Source of the DNA: Azolla caroliniana
Taxonomy: Eukaryota; Plantae; Polypodiophyta
NCBI GenBank assembly: GCA_043228905.1
Contig: JBHGNT010000003.1
Coordinates: 1,612,001-1,676,000, forward strand
DNA: 64,000 nt
Direction: 5' to 3'
Of the stretch, positions 1 to 14,652 are shown piece by piece. The number at the start of each line of letters is the position of its first letter. Position 1 is the first letter of the stretch. The notes beneath the pieces are model-generated. The model had not been told where the DNA came from. It did no database searches and saw nothing but the letters and a program-made list of their open reading frames with translations. A program made the position numbers and the translations under genes.

Positions 1-388
1 TCCACTAGGTAGCCAATATGTCCTTATGTGACAATAAATGTACCAAAGAAGTCAGAGAAAAGAAAAAAGCAACGAAGATGAAACTCGTTATTTGCTTATA
101 GCTTTTAGTTGTTTTTGTAGATATTTATGCTATGCACCATAAAGGGGAATATGCTAAATCCAGGACAACACCATACAGATAAAATCTTTTTCTTCAAACA
201 TATCCACTAGGTAACACACAAATTACCTAATCTTTTATCCATACAATATGATATCACATGCCCGAAGCCTATACACGTACACCAAATATATTTGAAGCGC
301 GAACCATGGATTCATGATGCACACACAATATATTCAACGAGAACACAAAGAAAACGGATTTGATAAAAAAGCAACATAGTATAAAAAC

Positions 389-679
389 CTGTGAATTCCA
401 TCCAACTGCCTTTACAAAGATTGATGCGGGAATAGTTAGCAGCAACCAGCTGAACTTGTTTTGGACCCAAAACAATAAAATTTGCTTGAAACTTAAGGAG
501 GATTTTCTCCCCCTATCCACCATGACAACATGTGTGACAGTAGAATGTGACCGCATAAAACATCTCTTGGAAGGAGAAGCCAAAGAGACGTGACACAAGT
601 TTGATTCTTCATCCACATCAGCATGATCGTCTAAGGGAACAATGCTGTCATTGGTAGTACTCATTATGCTCTCCTTCAT
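389..679 (-). CDS. Probable first coding exon of a CAX-type vacuolar cation/H+ exchanger; the gene would continue left of the window
   Basis: 97-codon segment flanked by an acceptor (ttttgctag|ATG) and a phase-0 donor (CAG|gtttt at 388). A hydrophilic N-tail is followed by FKQILLFWVQNKFSWLLLTIPASIFVKAVGWNSQ, resembling CAX TM1 (recalled as LQEVILGTKLAILFPAIPAAIICTYCGVSQ), where CAX genes have their first intron. No second exon found in 1-388. Confidence 0.45.
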
Positions 680-2992
680 CTAGCAAAAACATTGTATGAG
701 ATGCATAAGCTACAAAACTACATTCAAATTAAAAAAGCAATTTTTGCTTTTGTAACCACCATTTAAATGGATTACTTTTAATTTCCAATGTAACAAAATA
801 TCTCACAGAATTTCTCTGTGTATATATGTACATGCACATAGATAATTACATATACACACACATACATGCATGCATACATAAATTCATAAATACACACATT
901 GTGAAACCTAGCCAATATACAAAGCATATAAAAAGATATATGTAAATATGCTACTGCATCAGGAGGTATTTGACTAAGAAAATCACATCTTCTCTACAAC
1001 TTAATAAGAACATCCACAATATAACTGTTGGTGTGAACTAAACCCCAATATTTACATGGTGGTCAATGGGGTGGGTGAACATAGCCATTAGACTAAGCAA
1101 GCCTATGTGCAAAATGCTACCTTAGTTGAGTGAACTAAAGAACTAAGATGTACTTTAAGGCATCATTGTATCTCTATCTCCTTGTTAGGAGCAAATGGGT
1201 GTATATCTATCTCCATTGTATCATCTGTTTACTCTAACCCATACAGGTGCTATTCAGTATAAGATTTCTTTGGTTCTTCTGTTTGTTCTCATGTCCATAG
1301 GTCGTGGAGAGGAGTGCACAGGCGTAAAGTCGTCTGGAGACTACTGGATCCTAGGTAGTGGGGTTAGGAAAGGTTGAAGAAGCTGATTCCAGAGATTAAA
1401 AGATTCATTGAGTTTTCATAACAGTGGCATAACCGAGAAGTTTCTGGCTGAGAGATCAGATCAATGCATGTAAAGCGCCAAGAGGATGGAATGAAATGTT
1501 TTGCAAATGTGGAGCCAATTCCTTAGATCCAACGGAATCTAAAGTTCATAGAAACTTTGGCTGATGTTGGCTATGAGATAGTCTTCAGCAAGTCATGAGT
1601 GGATATTGCAACAGAAAGGGGTAGATAGTTTACCTATCTGGATGAACTTGTGCCTGGGATGTTCGGAGCAAAAGAGAACCATGTTTGTGTTGAGTATAAG
1701 AGCATGACAGACGCTAAGTTGCGAAATTAACATTTCCGGCACCTGAGTGTGGAGATATGAAGCTCAACCACACACCTTGCATGTGGAAACACACTCCTGG
1801 GCCACTCACTCCACATCATAAAACATTGGTTCAAAGTTCTAAGTGCACAAAAATTATTCTATAAAAGCAAGGCTCCCCCTCTTGTATCAACTATTAAGTT
1901 ATGCTTGATATAGTGTTGATTATCATCGATTCATAGTTGATTTAGTCTTGATTTATTTGTAGCTTTATCATTATAAAATCATTCCCTATTTTGCTCATAC
2001 AATCTGTTTGGTAACCTTGTGTAATGTCTACCTCTCTCTTCTTTCACACACACATAATTTACTTATCTCTGCAGCATATGTACTTGATCCTCGATAGAAC
2101 TACTCTTAGTTCCAGACTAGTGGTGGTTTGGATTGAAACAATCCATGCAATTTTGGCATTGTCCACGGTGTGAATTGGCCAATATCTCAAGGAAGAAATA
2201 TTTGTGGGTTGGGCAACCACCTGACTCCAAGCTGCCCAATTTGAAGAGAGCTCTATATCTTCACCTGACTCAAGTCTTTAGGTTGCAGAGAGGTCAGTAT
2301 CCGGCAAAGTGCATACTATGGGCCAGTTTCAGGTGGATGGATAGATTTCTCATAGGAAGTAAATTCAGGTCTTGCTGATATGGCCCTTTCATATCAAAAC
2401 AGGTGGGGAAATAATAATAACCACAATATATGTGGAAGACCTACCCCTGATTGGTAGCATGGAGACAGATCTTGGTCAATTCAAATAAAAGCTGAGTTCT
2501 GAATTCAAGCCGTGGGATTTGGTTAATAATGCACCTTCTGTCTAGGTCTGGAAGTGTGTCAATGGGACAGACATATTTTTCACACCATTGAATTCTTTTT
2601 GGTTAGCAAGGAAGACTTTATTGATAACTATTGTCCTCAAGGTGCCATAGCAGTAAGTCTTGTGCTTCATAGGCTTACAGTTTGTGGGTCACAAGCACCT
2701 TAGGATGAATTGTGGGTAGATGACACATTTGTTTAATTCCTATGGTTGGAGGTTTAAACCAAATACCTTGTGAAGGTTCATCCATGGATAACTTTCATAT
2801 CATGCTATGGGTATCAATATAGATCAAATAATCAAGGTTTGTATGAGCCATAATCCAATGTAAGTGATGTGTGTGATGCACCAAAAGCAAATCATCCACA
2901 TATTGGGGAAAAACTGTGAGTCCACACTTAACATGTGTAGACTTTTATATGCAAATGGTGACTCATGCAAACCCTGAACCTTTGAATGAAGC

Positions 2993-3092
2993 NNNNNNNN
3001 NNNNNNNNNNNNNNNNNNNNNNNNNNNNNNNNNNNNNNNNNNNNNNNNNNNNNNNNNNNNNNNNNNNNNNNNNNNNNNNNNNNNNNNNNNNN
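2993..3092. other. Assembly gap (100 N)
   Basis: Run of exactly 100 N, a placeholder of unknown true size. Confidence 0.99.
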
Positions 3093-3520
3093 ATGGACTA
3101 TTATCTATGAACGTTGCCACATGATACAAAATCCTGAATATTCAATGTATAGTTAGTTAAAAATGATTTGCATAGGTGCAATCTCTAGCATCAACGAACA
3201 TCAAAAGTTTCAAATTTTGTATGAGTGATGGACATGAGGAAGATTTCATACAAAATACAAACAAAATTGTGTATAGACATATCAATCTTTTTCTACAACC
3301 ACGCATTGTCTCTATGGACTATTATCTATGAACGTTGCCACATGATACAAAATCCTGAATATTCAAAGTATAGTAAGTTAAAACATGATTTGCATAGGTG
3401 CAATCTCTAGCATCAACGAACATCAATAAGATTCAAGATTTGTATGAGTAATAGACATGAGGAAGATTTCATACAAAACACAAACAAAAAAGTTGCAAAG
3501 ACATATCAATCTTTTTCTAT
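3093..3520. repeat. About 221-bp tandem repeat (about 2 copies) abutting the gap
   Basis: atggactattatctatgaacgttgccacatgatacaaaatcc starts at both 3093 and 3314. Confidence 0.9.
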
Positions 3521-4299
3521 CAATGTAGATTATGTATCTATCACAGTTGTCTACATACATCTCTTTTTAGCATAGATCAATGTGGCATATATTATTGAAG
3601 TGTTAAAACTATTCCATATCCGATATATCCTATCTATGCCTATAGCATATATCTAACATTTTATATGATGTGTCATCACATAATGTTTTAATGGGTCTTT
3701 TGGGCAGGCTTTTGCAGAGGTTTAAATTCCATTTCATGACATGCCATGCCATTTCATTACATTACATATCTCTCTATCTCTCTATCTCTCTAGTATAAGA
3801 AGCCATACCTGAGTGCAAGAGGGAATATATCAGGAAGGAAACAGAGAGGTGCTAATTGGCGGTTTCATACGGTTAGGAAAAGGAGGAGGAGGAGGAGGAG
3901 GAGAAACGCAAAAAAGCAAACCTAGGATTTGGTGGGCGGTATCCTGTCACGCCCTTCTTTTCATGAAATCCTCTCCTCTTACCTCGCCCACATCTCAAAT
4001 TCCTTGCAGGTTTCCTTAATTACCATCCATACCCCTGCTCTGCTTTTCTCCACCCCACATATTTCCTTGCAAGTTTTCTTAATTCCCATTGATACCCCTA
4101 CCTTTGCTTTCCTGTTCTTTCGGAGTCTTCCCCCCCCTCCCCCCCTCCCTGCACCTAAGTAGCTCCTTCAAATTGTCGTCGGAACACTTTGTCAGCCACC
4201 TTAGTTAATCAATCAATTGCATTGATCGTTACTTTAAGCGCTCGATTCTGTCGAGCTCTCTCATTAATCCCTAATTGTTCGTTGAGGTAGTCTCATTAA

Positions 4300-5950
4300 G
4301 AAACTCGATCGAAAACAGAAGAGAAACTATCTTCAAATATCGGGATATCGATGATCATCGTACCCAATGTTATACTATCTCGCAAATTTCGGACAAACAG
4401 ATATAACAAGGAACTCGAAAGAACAATATTAACGAGACGAAAGTTGAAATAAAGGAAGGCTTGGACCAATAGTACCAATTCGATGCTAAACAAGAAAGTA
4501 TATGAACATAAGTTTGGTAAACAGATATATGTAGAGCTAAGGAACAAATCTATCGATGCACTTAGCAACCTATCTTAAGCCTAAAGAACATATCCAAATG
4601 TCATAAGAAACAATCATAGACTAGACAAACAAGATATCTAGGGTGGAATATAACCTCAATCCATACATATGTACATATTATGTCTTTTAAAGTTGTGTAT
4701 ATATCCTGGCATTCATATATAGCACATTGTTCAATACGATCAGATTTTGATTTACAGAAAATGACTTCTTAGAGATCCCAATCTTCTACTATCATTGGCC
4801 GCTAACATTTGGGATGCATGTCACATAGATTTTAACCGTGTATACTCCATCTTATAAGTGTTGGTATAAATACTTTCACCCAATATGACTCGAATCATAT
4901 CATTATGCACCGAGCTTCTTGTTCGAGTTCTAACAATTCTTGTAAATACTATAATCCATTCATGACCAAATTGAATGATGGATTGCTTATTCGAAATAAT
5001 CTTTATACATTTCTAATTGGCCTTCTTGACTCTACTCCTATAACATCGCCATGACATGCAAATGGTTGAATACTTTAGAGCTTGTCATTCAAAACTATTT
5101 GTGGTTTCAACTTAAATTGGAAGCTTATTGAGAATTATGCTCGATCGTGTGATACATGTTGTCAGTCCAAAATACATTGTCTAAATGGTTTGTTGTTCTC
5201 ATACCAGTTCCCAACTACACATGGAAAAAGAGGATCATGTTCATTGTAGCGATTGAACATAAGACCTCTTTGAAGATCTTTAACGTTAACCACTACGATA
5301 TTTTATCATACAATCAAGTATGAACTATGAGACAAAAGTGAATCAACTTCGATATTGTGTGTGTTACTACTATTGAATGTTAAAACTAAGAACTCTACAT
5401 GTAATTGAGAGAGAAATGTGTGTAGCGATATGTCTAAACTAAAGTTGTGGGATAAGCAAACTTGATTGTGAAGGTTAATTACAAAGCGCAAGCATGTTTG
5501 AGCATGTATTGAGCAACTATCTCCATACCCACGTCTCAATGTGAAGGGACCCAGTCTCAAGCATGTAATGCGTTTGTAATTCGAATCGAATAAATGTTCA
5601 ACACATTTTTGAACTCTTCCCAAACTGTGAACTTAGAGCTATTACAACCCCCAATTTCAATCCCATAGACAAGAAGCACTTATGTTATTGAAATATGAAA
5701 CAAGTATTTTCAAAGAACTCGACATTTTCTTTTTCCTACTTCTCAATTGCATGCTTACTAAGCCCTTTTCCCTACTTCCAAACAACAAGTGGAACAATCA
5801 TTCCACCAATGATCGAAGGGAATAGCAAGGCCAAGGTATTTGATACATAGAGAGATGTGAGAGATCCATATGTTGCTATCATAGAAGCACCAACATGGAG
5901 GTAGGGTCACAGACTTAATTTTCAAGATTTTCAAAGGCTCGTCCACGTAT
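4300..5950 (+). mobile_element. Highly degenerate Ty3/Gypsy pol remnant
   Basis: Broken integrase Zn-finger-like translation near 5040-5230 (TLELV...IENYARSCDTCCQSK...GLL..PVPN) with many stops and frameshifts; boundaries uncertain. Confidence 0.4.
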
Positions 5951-6294
5951 TGAAATTGGATGTAAGGATAGGGCTAGATGGGAAGTGTTGCATACATGTG
6001 ATAGTGGAATGTTTGAGTGGGTCCCTATACATGGTCTAATCCACAGATATACATGGACTTGAAGATCATTTCCTTGTTAGAAAACTGTAGCGAGTGGGCC
6101 ACTCACTATACATAGCCTAATCCATGTAATATATACATGGACTTGAAAGATCATTTTCTTGTTACTAGAAAACTTTAGGGGTACATATGACTTGAGCACT
6201 TCATACATATCCTAATCCACATATGTTTGGGATCTTTGTGACATAGACTTAGACTTGACTCTCCATAGGTGGGCCAAGTAATGGCCACCATCTA

Positions 6295-6500
6295 CATACA
6301 TAAATACATACATACATATCATATCATATCATATCATGCATACAAACATACATACATACATACATACATACATACATACATACCATATGTACATATCATA
6401 CATACATAAATACCATATACATATCACATATCATACATACATACCATATACATATCATACATACATACATACATACATACATACATACATACATACATAC
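6295..6500. repeat. (TACA)n/(CATAT)n microsatellite
   Basis: Directly visible. Confidence 0.95.
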
Positions 6501-7090
6501 CATGGGCATCATCATATGAAGTAATCCATAGCTTTTTAAATAAAGAGAAAGAGTTGGGTTTCAAAAGTTCCTTTTTTTTTTCTTTGTTACACATCATCAT
6601 CCTCATCTTGTGGAATTATCAGAGAATTAATAAATTAGTAAATAAATAAATTGCAACTGACCTTGATTTATAACAGATATTCTGTAATGCTAGTTTTTAC
6701 ACATCCAAAAAAATGATATAATTAGAGGGAAAATTTCAAAAAAGAAACAAAAGAAAACGAAAAAATCTAAATCCTGACTAGTATTTTTTTAATGCGCAGC
6801 CCACTGATTTATTTATTGGATATTTATTTTAAATTTTCCTAAATTATATTTTTCTCTTCAAGGTTTTGAGCTTGAAATTAACTATTTAATAAGATGCAGA
6901 GCTTGCCATTTTATATTACATATTGCATATTCAGAGTCCAGACTTTAGAATAATCATTCGATTCAGCTTTCAAGATTAGAGCTGCAGTAAATAATCATCT
7001 GATTAGCTATCAATCTATCTCCTTCGAATCTATATACATACACACATTAATACTTAGTTTTTTTTTTAAAAAGGATATATTTACAATTTG

Positions 7091-9495
7091 ATGGGTTCTT
7101 TGATGCCTGGTTGGAATTCTCTTTCACCTAAGGGTTCTCCCAAAGGTAGTGTGTATCTATTTATATGTATGTTTGAATTGATTTATGTACTTCAGATTTT
7201 TTTTTGTGTTGATTTGGACTTAATGGGCGAGTTTGGAGCATTTTTTGAATCATTCATCAAATCATTTCTTGTTTTCCTTGTATTTTGTCAAATAAATGAT
7301 CACACGATTGATGATTTATGTGTTTGATTCTGTGGCCCAAATATGCATGTAGTGATTAGTGATTACTGGGCGGTTTTATGCATTGATTGAGCTTAGTGGG
7401 CGATTTTTGGTGTTTTGAATCATTAATGAAAGGGAAAAAGCTTTTGTTTTAATAATCGCTTGAATTAACTGAGTGATCAAATGATTGATGATTTATGCCC
7501 TATATAGATATATATATGTATGTATGTATGTGTTGCTTAGGATTAATGGGCTCTTTTATGAACCATTCGAAAATCCTTAATCAAAAGAGTGACATTTTTA
7601 ATAATTATAATCAACTTGGAATGATAAAATGATTGAGAGTTTAGATGTTCAAAATTTTGTTTGATCTTGTGTTTTTTTACTTACGGATCGGATTTTTTTT
7701 AATGGGATTAACAAAAAACCATTTGCAGTTCTGAGAACTCGATCGTTTACAAAGGAAGAGATCGATGAGTTCTGGAAGAAGAAAAGATCAGATCAAGAGG
7801 AGAAAGGAGGAGATGCAGAGCAAAGCAGAGTAACCACAACTCAACAGATCCAAGCAATCACTGCAGACAATGTTTGTATTGTATTTTTTTTGAGCTTAAC
7901 CAAACTCATCCATGGTTTTTCATTGATAAAAAAATTTCTGAGCATGATGAGAGAGATCTAGGGTTCAAATCCGGCTCTCTTCATGCTCAATCCACAAATG
8001 AAAAAAAAAATCTTGCATTGTTTATTATGTGCTTTAATTTGGGGACCAAGCCACACAAAAAATGATAAATCTGGTTCAATTTGGTCGGACATTTAGATTG
8101 TATGACCAACTGAGTCTGGAACCCGAAACTTCGCTAGGACATTTAGATTGTATGACCAACTGAGTCTGGAACCCGAAACTTCGCTATTAGTGAGATGTAG
8201 TAGTGTACATATCATACAAGCATCTCTATGTCTTAGACCGAAACTTTGGTATAGTGAGTTGTAGTGCACATATGATACAAGCATCTCTACATGGACATAG
8301 ATCGAAACTTCGGTACATTGAGAATGTAGTGTATTTGCTAGTCATATCTCTATGTGTTAGATAGACCCTAAACTGTGAATTTTCAATATGCTTGTCGCCT
8401 CTACCGCTTAAACTTGGCTTGAAGGCACCTTATGCCTAGATTGAAGATCACTATCGATGGTTCCCTATATATGTTATGCTAGTTGTCAGTTGTATGGTGG
8501 GTTCTTAGAGATTTACCCCTCCCCCCCCGCCCCCACCCATTGTTTCTCCATGGGATGTCATGTCTGTCTTGCTTGATCAATGATTATAACCACCCTACAG
8601 AACGCCAATTAGCTTCTTGTTGTGGTTGATAGTAGGAATTGGCAATGGTACGATTCGGCTTAACCGGTTTAGCCTTGTCGAAAACCAAACCAGTTAAGGC
8701 TTAACTGGTTTGGGAGTTCCCAAACTTGAACAAAACCAATTCCTAAATCGGTTAAGGCTAAACCGGTTTAGCGGAATCAATTAAGCCTTAATTGGTTTGG
8801 AAACCGGTTTGGCCCAAATCAGTTTGGTTTAGCTTGAGCCGTCCCAAATCGAGCGCAAACTTGTTATGGAAGCTTGAGCCTAAACTAAACCAAACCAAAT
8901 TGCCAAATTGCCAAACTGATTAAAAACAGTTCAACTGTTTGGTTCAGGCTTGAACCAAGTCGTTGTCGATTCCTAATTGATAAATTGATATCATTCATTT
9001 GCATTGAAAACTTGAAGATAATCCAAGAAAGTTAAGCCATCGTGTCGATCCGTTTCATTCATTAATACATAGCTCGTGTTTGTGTGCTTTGCTTTGGTTG
9101 GGGTTTTGACATAACTTTTCTGTTCTTGTATGTGTATTAAAGGTTGGTGGAGATGATGGTGCTACACAATATTTGGACGTAGAACTCAACAAGCTCAATG
9201 CAAATACTGATTGGCAAGTTTCTTTAATCATTTCTTGTTAATCTTTTACGGTATCAAACTAATTTGTTTTGGAACTATGTGAACCTTTGTGTTGGATCGA
9301 TATAATGAGATTTGAAGGCATGGTAATGGCACTTGAATTGAATGTTTTCAAATTCTGATTTTTGGTTGTAGGTGGACAAAGAGTAGTTGGGCATTCTTAA
9401 ATGAGCCACCATTGGAAGCAAAGAAACAAAAGTCAAAGTACATTTCTCAATTTGACGTGGCTACCTCGCAAGCCATAAGATCCACTAATAGCTAG
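7091..9495 (+). CDS. Small conserved land-plant protein of unknown function (MGSLMxGW / SFTKEEIDxFW / DWWTxSxWAFLNEPP family), 130 aa, 4 exons
   Basis: Exons 7091-7145, 7729-7871, 9143-9213 and 9372-9495 (393 nt, phases 1/0/2 consistent) give MGSLMPGWNS...LRTRSFTKEEIDEFWKKK...NTDWWTKSSWAFLNEPP...YISQFDVA..STNS*. Intron 3 is GC-AG. I recall these motifs from a widespread uncharacterised plant family. Confidence 0.85.
8087..8375. repeat. Intronic tandem repeat: perfect 50-bp duplication followed by degenerate units of about 57 bp
   Basis: ggacatttagattgtatgaccaactgagtctggaacccgaaacttcgcta at 8087 and 8137; the cgaaactt core recurs to about 8375. Confidence 0.85.
8633..8975. mobile_element. hAT-like MITE in intron 2 of the small gene
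   Basis: Imperfect TIRs TAGGAATTGGCAATG / revcomp TAGGAATCGACAACG; degenerate 8-bp TSD gttgatag/attgataa; interior dense in AACCGG/AAACC/GGTTT subterminal motifs. Confidence 0.65.
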
Positions 9496-12400
9496 AGCAC
9501 CGATAAACCATGGAATTGAATATCAACATGTTTGTGTCATGATATATAGCCAATTGTCTTGCCCATTATAGTGTATGCAGTTGTGGAAGAGCAAGTCACA
9601 CCCAGTATTGGTGTATATAAAGGAGTGTGGTTATGCTTATCCAACCTACTTACCTCGCTAAAATGTCAATATATCTACTTTGTATACTAGCTTTCTCCAT
9701 TAAGCTTGCAAGCAATTTATTGCATGATGTGAATTAAATAACATATCATTTTCAATGGATTCGGTAGCATGACACATTGTATTTGTGCACTAAAATTTGA
9801 AGAGGTTTAACCTTTGTCTAGTAAAGTTAAGGTTGGTCTATCTTCATTTGTTTGTGTCTTTTCGAAATGTCAATATACTAAAAGAGATGTAGTGAAAAGG
9901 AAGGGAAGTTACATTTCAAATTTCAGTTTTTAGATAAAGTTAGCAACATGACCAAAGTATCTTGGGTATATTGACATTGCAATATGCGCACATATCTCGT
10001 ATGATCTCATATTGACAAGTTCTTTGATTACCTACATCAATACTTCGACACCCATTGACTATCTACAAAGCTTCATTATATGGCTACAAACTTAACTTTT
10101 GTCCTTTGACAACTTATCGACTTCTTCCTCCATGATGCAAACTATTTAGATATGAGTTTCATTTTTCTTTTTTCTTTTTTCTTTTTTGCCAACAATGGTT
10201 TATATTATGTCTAAAGTGATACTTCAGCACATATTTTTACCTTTTCAACTGCTCTTAGGCTGCCACAAACATACATATCTCCCAATGCATTACCAATAAC
10301 AGTTGTACATGGCCACATGCCTCATGTCGGTGGAGGAAATACCTAGATAGGTGCCGGTGGCAAATACCTCTTGCTTTCGAAAGAGTACATTATCACCCTT
10401 GATAACATCATATTCTCCTTTAAGTGTATGCACCAAAGTTAGCCAAATCTCCTTGACTACATCCACACCATTCCATTGAATTTCATGAAATGTCCTTCAA
10501 TGTCTACTAGTCCACAAAACCCATAAGTCTATTGAGCTAATCGTCTCCCAAACCACCCCATTCTATACTAGATTATAGGCATACATGGAGACACTTCCAC
10601 AACGAATCAACCTCTTGTATACAATGCAAAGTTAACCTTTTATTTTTCATAATCATGAAGCTCGCCCTTAATAATCATTGCAAGGATGAAAACCCACACA
10701 ATGTATGCATGCATGATGAAGATTATTTCCTAAACAACAACACTCATGAGGATGCATACTCCCGTTGACACTATTATTACGAAGCCAACTACCCACATTG
10801 TTGACTACTTATGCAAATGTCATGACTTTACTCATGACGATGCCTCATCGTGATGCACCTCCTTGCACAATGACTACTTGTACCATTCCTTTTCACATCA
10901 TAACAACTACTTGTCACGAGCATTCTTGTGCAATAATTACCCATATTGTGACTCTTTGCAAAATGACTACTCACGTACTCGCATGATGATGACACCCCAC
11001 ACCACATTGCAATATGGAATCGTGATGACAACAACCCCACTTCCAAGTATGGTGGAGTCTTATGCCACTACTACCACAATGGTGACATGGTTGTAGGCTA
11101 CTTGTAGCCATTGGCATGACCCAAGTCGTTATGATATCCCGACACGTATCAATATTATATGCACAAATGACTACATAGGCTCCTTGTGACACATAATGGA
11201 CCACGTGTAAGAATAAGTAATGAGTGGTTTTATATGAGCATCTCATCAATGTAGCTTCTCCCTTGTTTTCCTACTTAAACTATAGGTTTAAGGTTTGAAA
11301 AGGGTTGGTTGTTCCTTATTACATATTAAGTCAACTTTAAGCACCACGCTTAGTCTTAGAAGGATGCAGGTATCTTGTACTTTTTCTTTCATATCTGCCT
11401 ACTCAATTAATGAAAGTTTAAACTATTTAACTATATTTTCATTTTCCATTCTCATTAGTAATCTCATTGTATGTGTGTGCATAGTAAGGCATCAATTAGT
11501 CCATTGCTTGTCAACTAAAGTAGAGCCACAATCTTAATAACCCCATTACAACCCATGAATAACACCATTCACCAAGGAGTTTATAAGAAAGAATGATTGC
11601 ATCTTTTTTAACATAATTTCTTGCACAAAGGTTTGGGAAATAAATTTGACTTTTTGGAAAAATACCTTAAATAGACAATATTTTGTGCACTTTGAACCAT
11701 CTAGATGTCTTGCAAGTTGCAATTGTATGTGGTTTTTCAAAACTAATTGTTGGAAGTTTCTTTCTTCAAGTTGTTCATCATATAGTTTCTATTTGTCTCT
11801 TAACAACTCAAGGACGTCTCACTTCAAATTTAGTCTTTTTACTTTAGCCTAGTGTCTAATTGACACTTTGTACATTTCTCCTAATTCCTTTTGAGTTTTC
11901 ACTTCACATTGAGTTTTTTCTAGGTAATATAAGTATTACTAAAAAGAATGTATAATAATTTGGAAAGCAACACACAATATAAATATCTATGATTATTTGA
12001 ATTTTGGGCTATGGCAAACCATCACGAAACATGATAATTTATTGATAAATCTCCTCACCTTCAAATGTTGTATTAGAAGCTTGGTCATTGTAGATCAATG
12101 ACATTTCAACTAGATAAGGGCGTAGACATGTTTGATGTGTTTAAAAGGAACATAACACAAAATTTCTATGAAATCCATTTCTCATTCTTTAATGCCTCGA
12201 GAGTCATGCAACTTTAAATGACTTGGATATAACATGATACATCCACTTCTACAATGTACAATAAACATTCATGAAGTTGATATCCTAACATACGTAGCAT
12301 TGGCCTACTTGGATTATAAGTGGAATGGTAATACTAGATTTCTTTGAGTGTAATCATATAATACTAAATAGCCTTGTCACAAACTTGTCATACAAAAAGG

Positions 12401-12887
12401 AAAGTGAAGATGACTCAGAAATCTATTAGATAATCGAAGGGAGATTCGATTATGAATGTAAAAGTAATGCACCTTTTTACGCCACCCTATACATTGGCTC
12501 GTTTGACAATGGTCTATATCACACAACAAAATGTTGTCCCTGTATTACATAAATTATTGCACAAATATCCATCACACAACACTTGCATTTTAATTGTTAG
12601 ATATTGAAGTTTACCCTACTTTGATGGATCCCAACTCTTGTTTAAGGCATTCATACTAAGGATATGCAAGAACATCAATAAAACATAGTTTGCTACCATT
12701 GACACAAGTGCACATTGGAGGCTCAAAGGTAAAATGATTGCACCTATAACACCACTTTATCATCCTTGAAGGATGATTTCACATTAATGTATTGTTCTAG
12801 TTAGAAAGATTGCCGACTTCATGATTCCTTGCTCTCACTTAATGGCTTAGGTATCAAAAGAAGTTATAATTAAATTGACATGCATGA

Positions 12888-13420
12888 AAACTAAACCTCT
12901 GGAGTCTAGACTTCAATAATTTTGATGCACAAATTATTGACGATAGCTAATTACCCCTCAATGTGCAGGTAATTACTACCTTTTCAATGTTTCACTCTAC
13001 AATTTAGAGTATCAATGAGGTTAAGAGTTTGAATATAAACTCTCAAATTTCATTCAAGTGTTGATAAAGAAGTGTACGTTCAAAGCATAACATTTTCATT
13101 AGGAGGCATAATTAGGGGATTCATAGACTATGTCCTACTTGCACTATGAACATAAACTAAACCTCTGGAGTCTAGACTTCAATAATTTTGATGCACAAAT
13201 TATTGACGATAGCTAATTACCCCTCAATGTGCAGGTAATTACTACCTTTTCAATGTTTCACTCTACAATTTAGAGTATCAATGAGGTTAAGAGTTTGAAT
13301 ATAAACTCTCAAATTTCATTCAAGTGTTGATAAAGAAGTGTGTGTTCAAAGCATAACATCTTCATTAGGAGGCATAATTAGGGGATTCATAGACTATGTC
13401 CTACTTGCACTATGAACATA
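12888..13420. repeat. Near-perfect 266-bp tandem duplication
   Basis: aaactaaacctctggagtctagac at 12888 and 13154; only about 3 mismatches seen. Confidence 0.95.
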
Positions 13421-14652
13421 TTTAGACTAATATTTAATGAAGTAAAAACAAAAAATGCTAGAATAAAAGATGTCTTGGTAATGAGCACCAACCATAGGTT
13501 GAGGTAGTGAGATGCTTGTGCACATTCCATATTCATACACATCAATGACTAGCATAAGGCAATTGATTTGTTGTCATTGTCACTGAACGTGGACACCTCC
13601 ATGTTGTTACTATAGGAGAAGAGAAGAAGCTTTTGTGCACAAGGGTAGATGTCCAACCAACCCATGTGAGACTTTTGGACCACCCATTATGCACATTGAG
13701 GAGACTAGCATAAACTATGGACTTAGGTTATGCAATTTAGTACATGGACAACACAATCACCATAATGTTGGGTAGACCCCTCAATAGAGTGAATAATTAA
13801 TTATAAATCCATGAACAATGATACTTGGGACTCAATCGATCCATCTCAATACCACACTACCCACATAGACACATGACAAACATTGGGTTAGACACTTCAA
13901 GACATAGCCAACCCATTACCACAATCGTTGAGGGTGGATCCCTAAAACCAACTTGATCAAGAAAATGCCTTTTCATAAGGGTTGCTAGCTTATCGTAGAT
14001 TGTAAACCTACATCTTGTCTATTCCATAGTTTGCGATCCGTTCTGATAATTGAACTGTTACATAGGACCCACCAAAAATGTTATTTTCCAACCAATCAAA
14101 ATATTTTCACTAGCTTATATCTTTGCTATAATTTATTATTATAATTGCTTTTTGTATATACCATTTTTTGACCAATGTGGATAAGTAAGAGAACCTTTTG
14201 AAATGTCGGTTTCTCGTGTTTTAGCTAGCAAAGATACAAGTAGAGTCGACAAATACATTGAAGAGCGCTATCATACTTTATTGATCAACAACATTTGCCA
14301 ACTCATTAAATAGGCTTTGATTCATGCTCTCGTGTATGAAAACACAAAGCCACTAGCACATGTACTAGTGGCCACAATCAAGTCTTGATTGGGCCTATCA
14401 CTAGCCTTAATTTGAGTTGAAGTGCATAATTAATGCATTGATATCTCCATGCTCATAATGTGGAGGGTTATGTCTTTGCTCGTAATATGGAGCTAGGAGC
14501 TATATGTAGATACTATCCCTCAATTACAAGATAAAGAAAAATGTCAATCGCCATAGTAAATTGGCAACCAACTTATTGGTTGAAAACATTGTGATTTAGT
14601 GCAATTTGGTTTCACTCGTGCAGTTTTTGTTTGGCTTCAACAAGTTGAGCAA

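Noticed and set aside
1300-2990. Exon-like stretches with possible transposase-like peptides (LKKLIPEIKRFIEF, AYVLDPR)
   Set aside because: Many stops and no family I can name with support; probably a DNA-TE relic.
9900-12800. Possible retroelement debris (similar tracts at 23200-26800 and 50500-52700)
   Set aside because: Too degenerate to assign domains or boundaries by eye.
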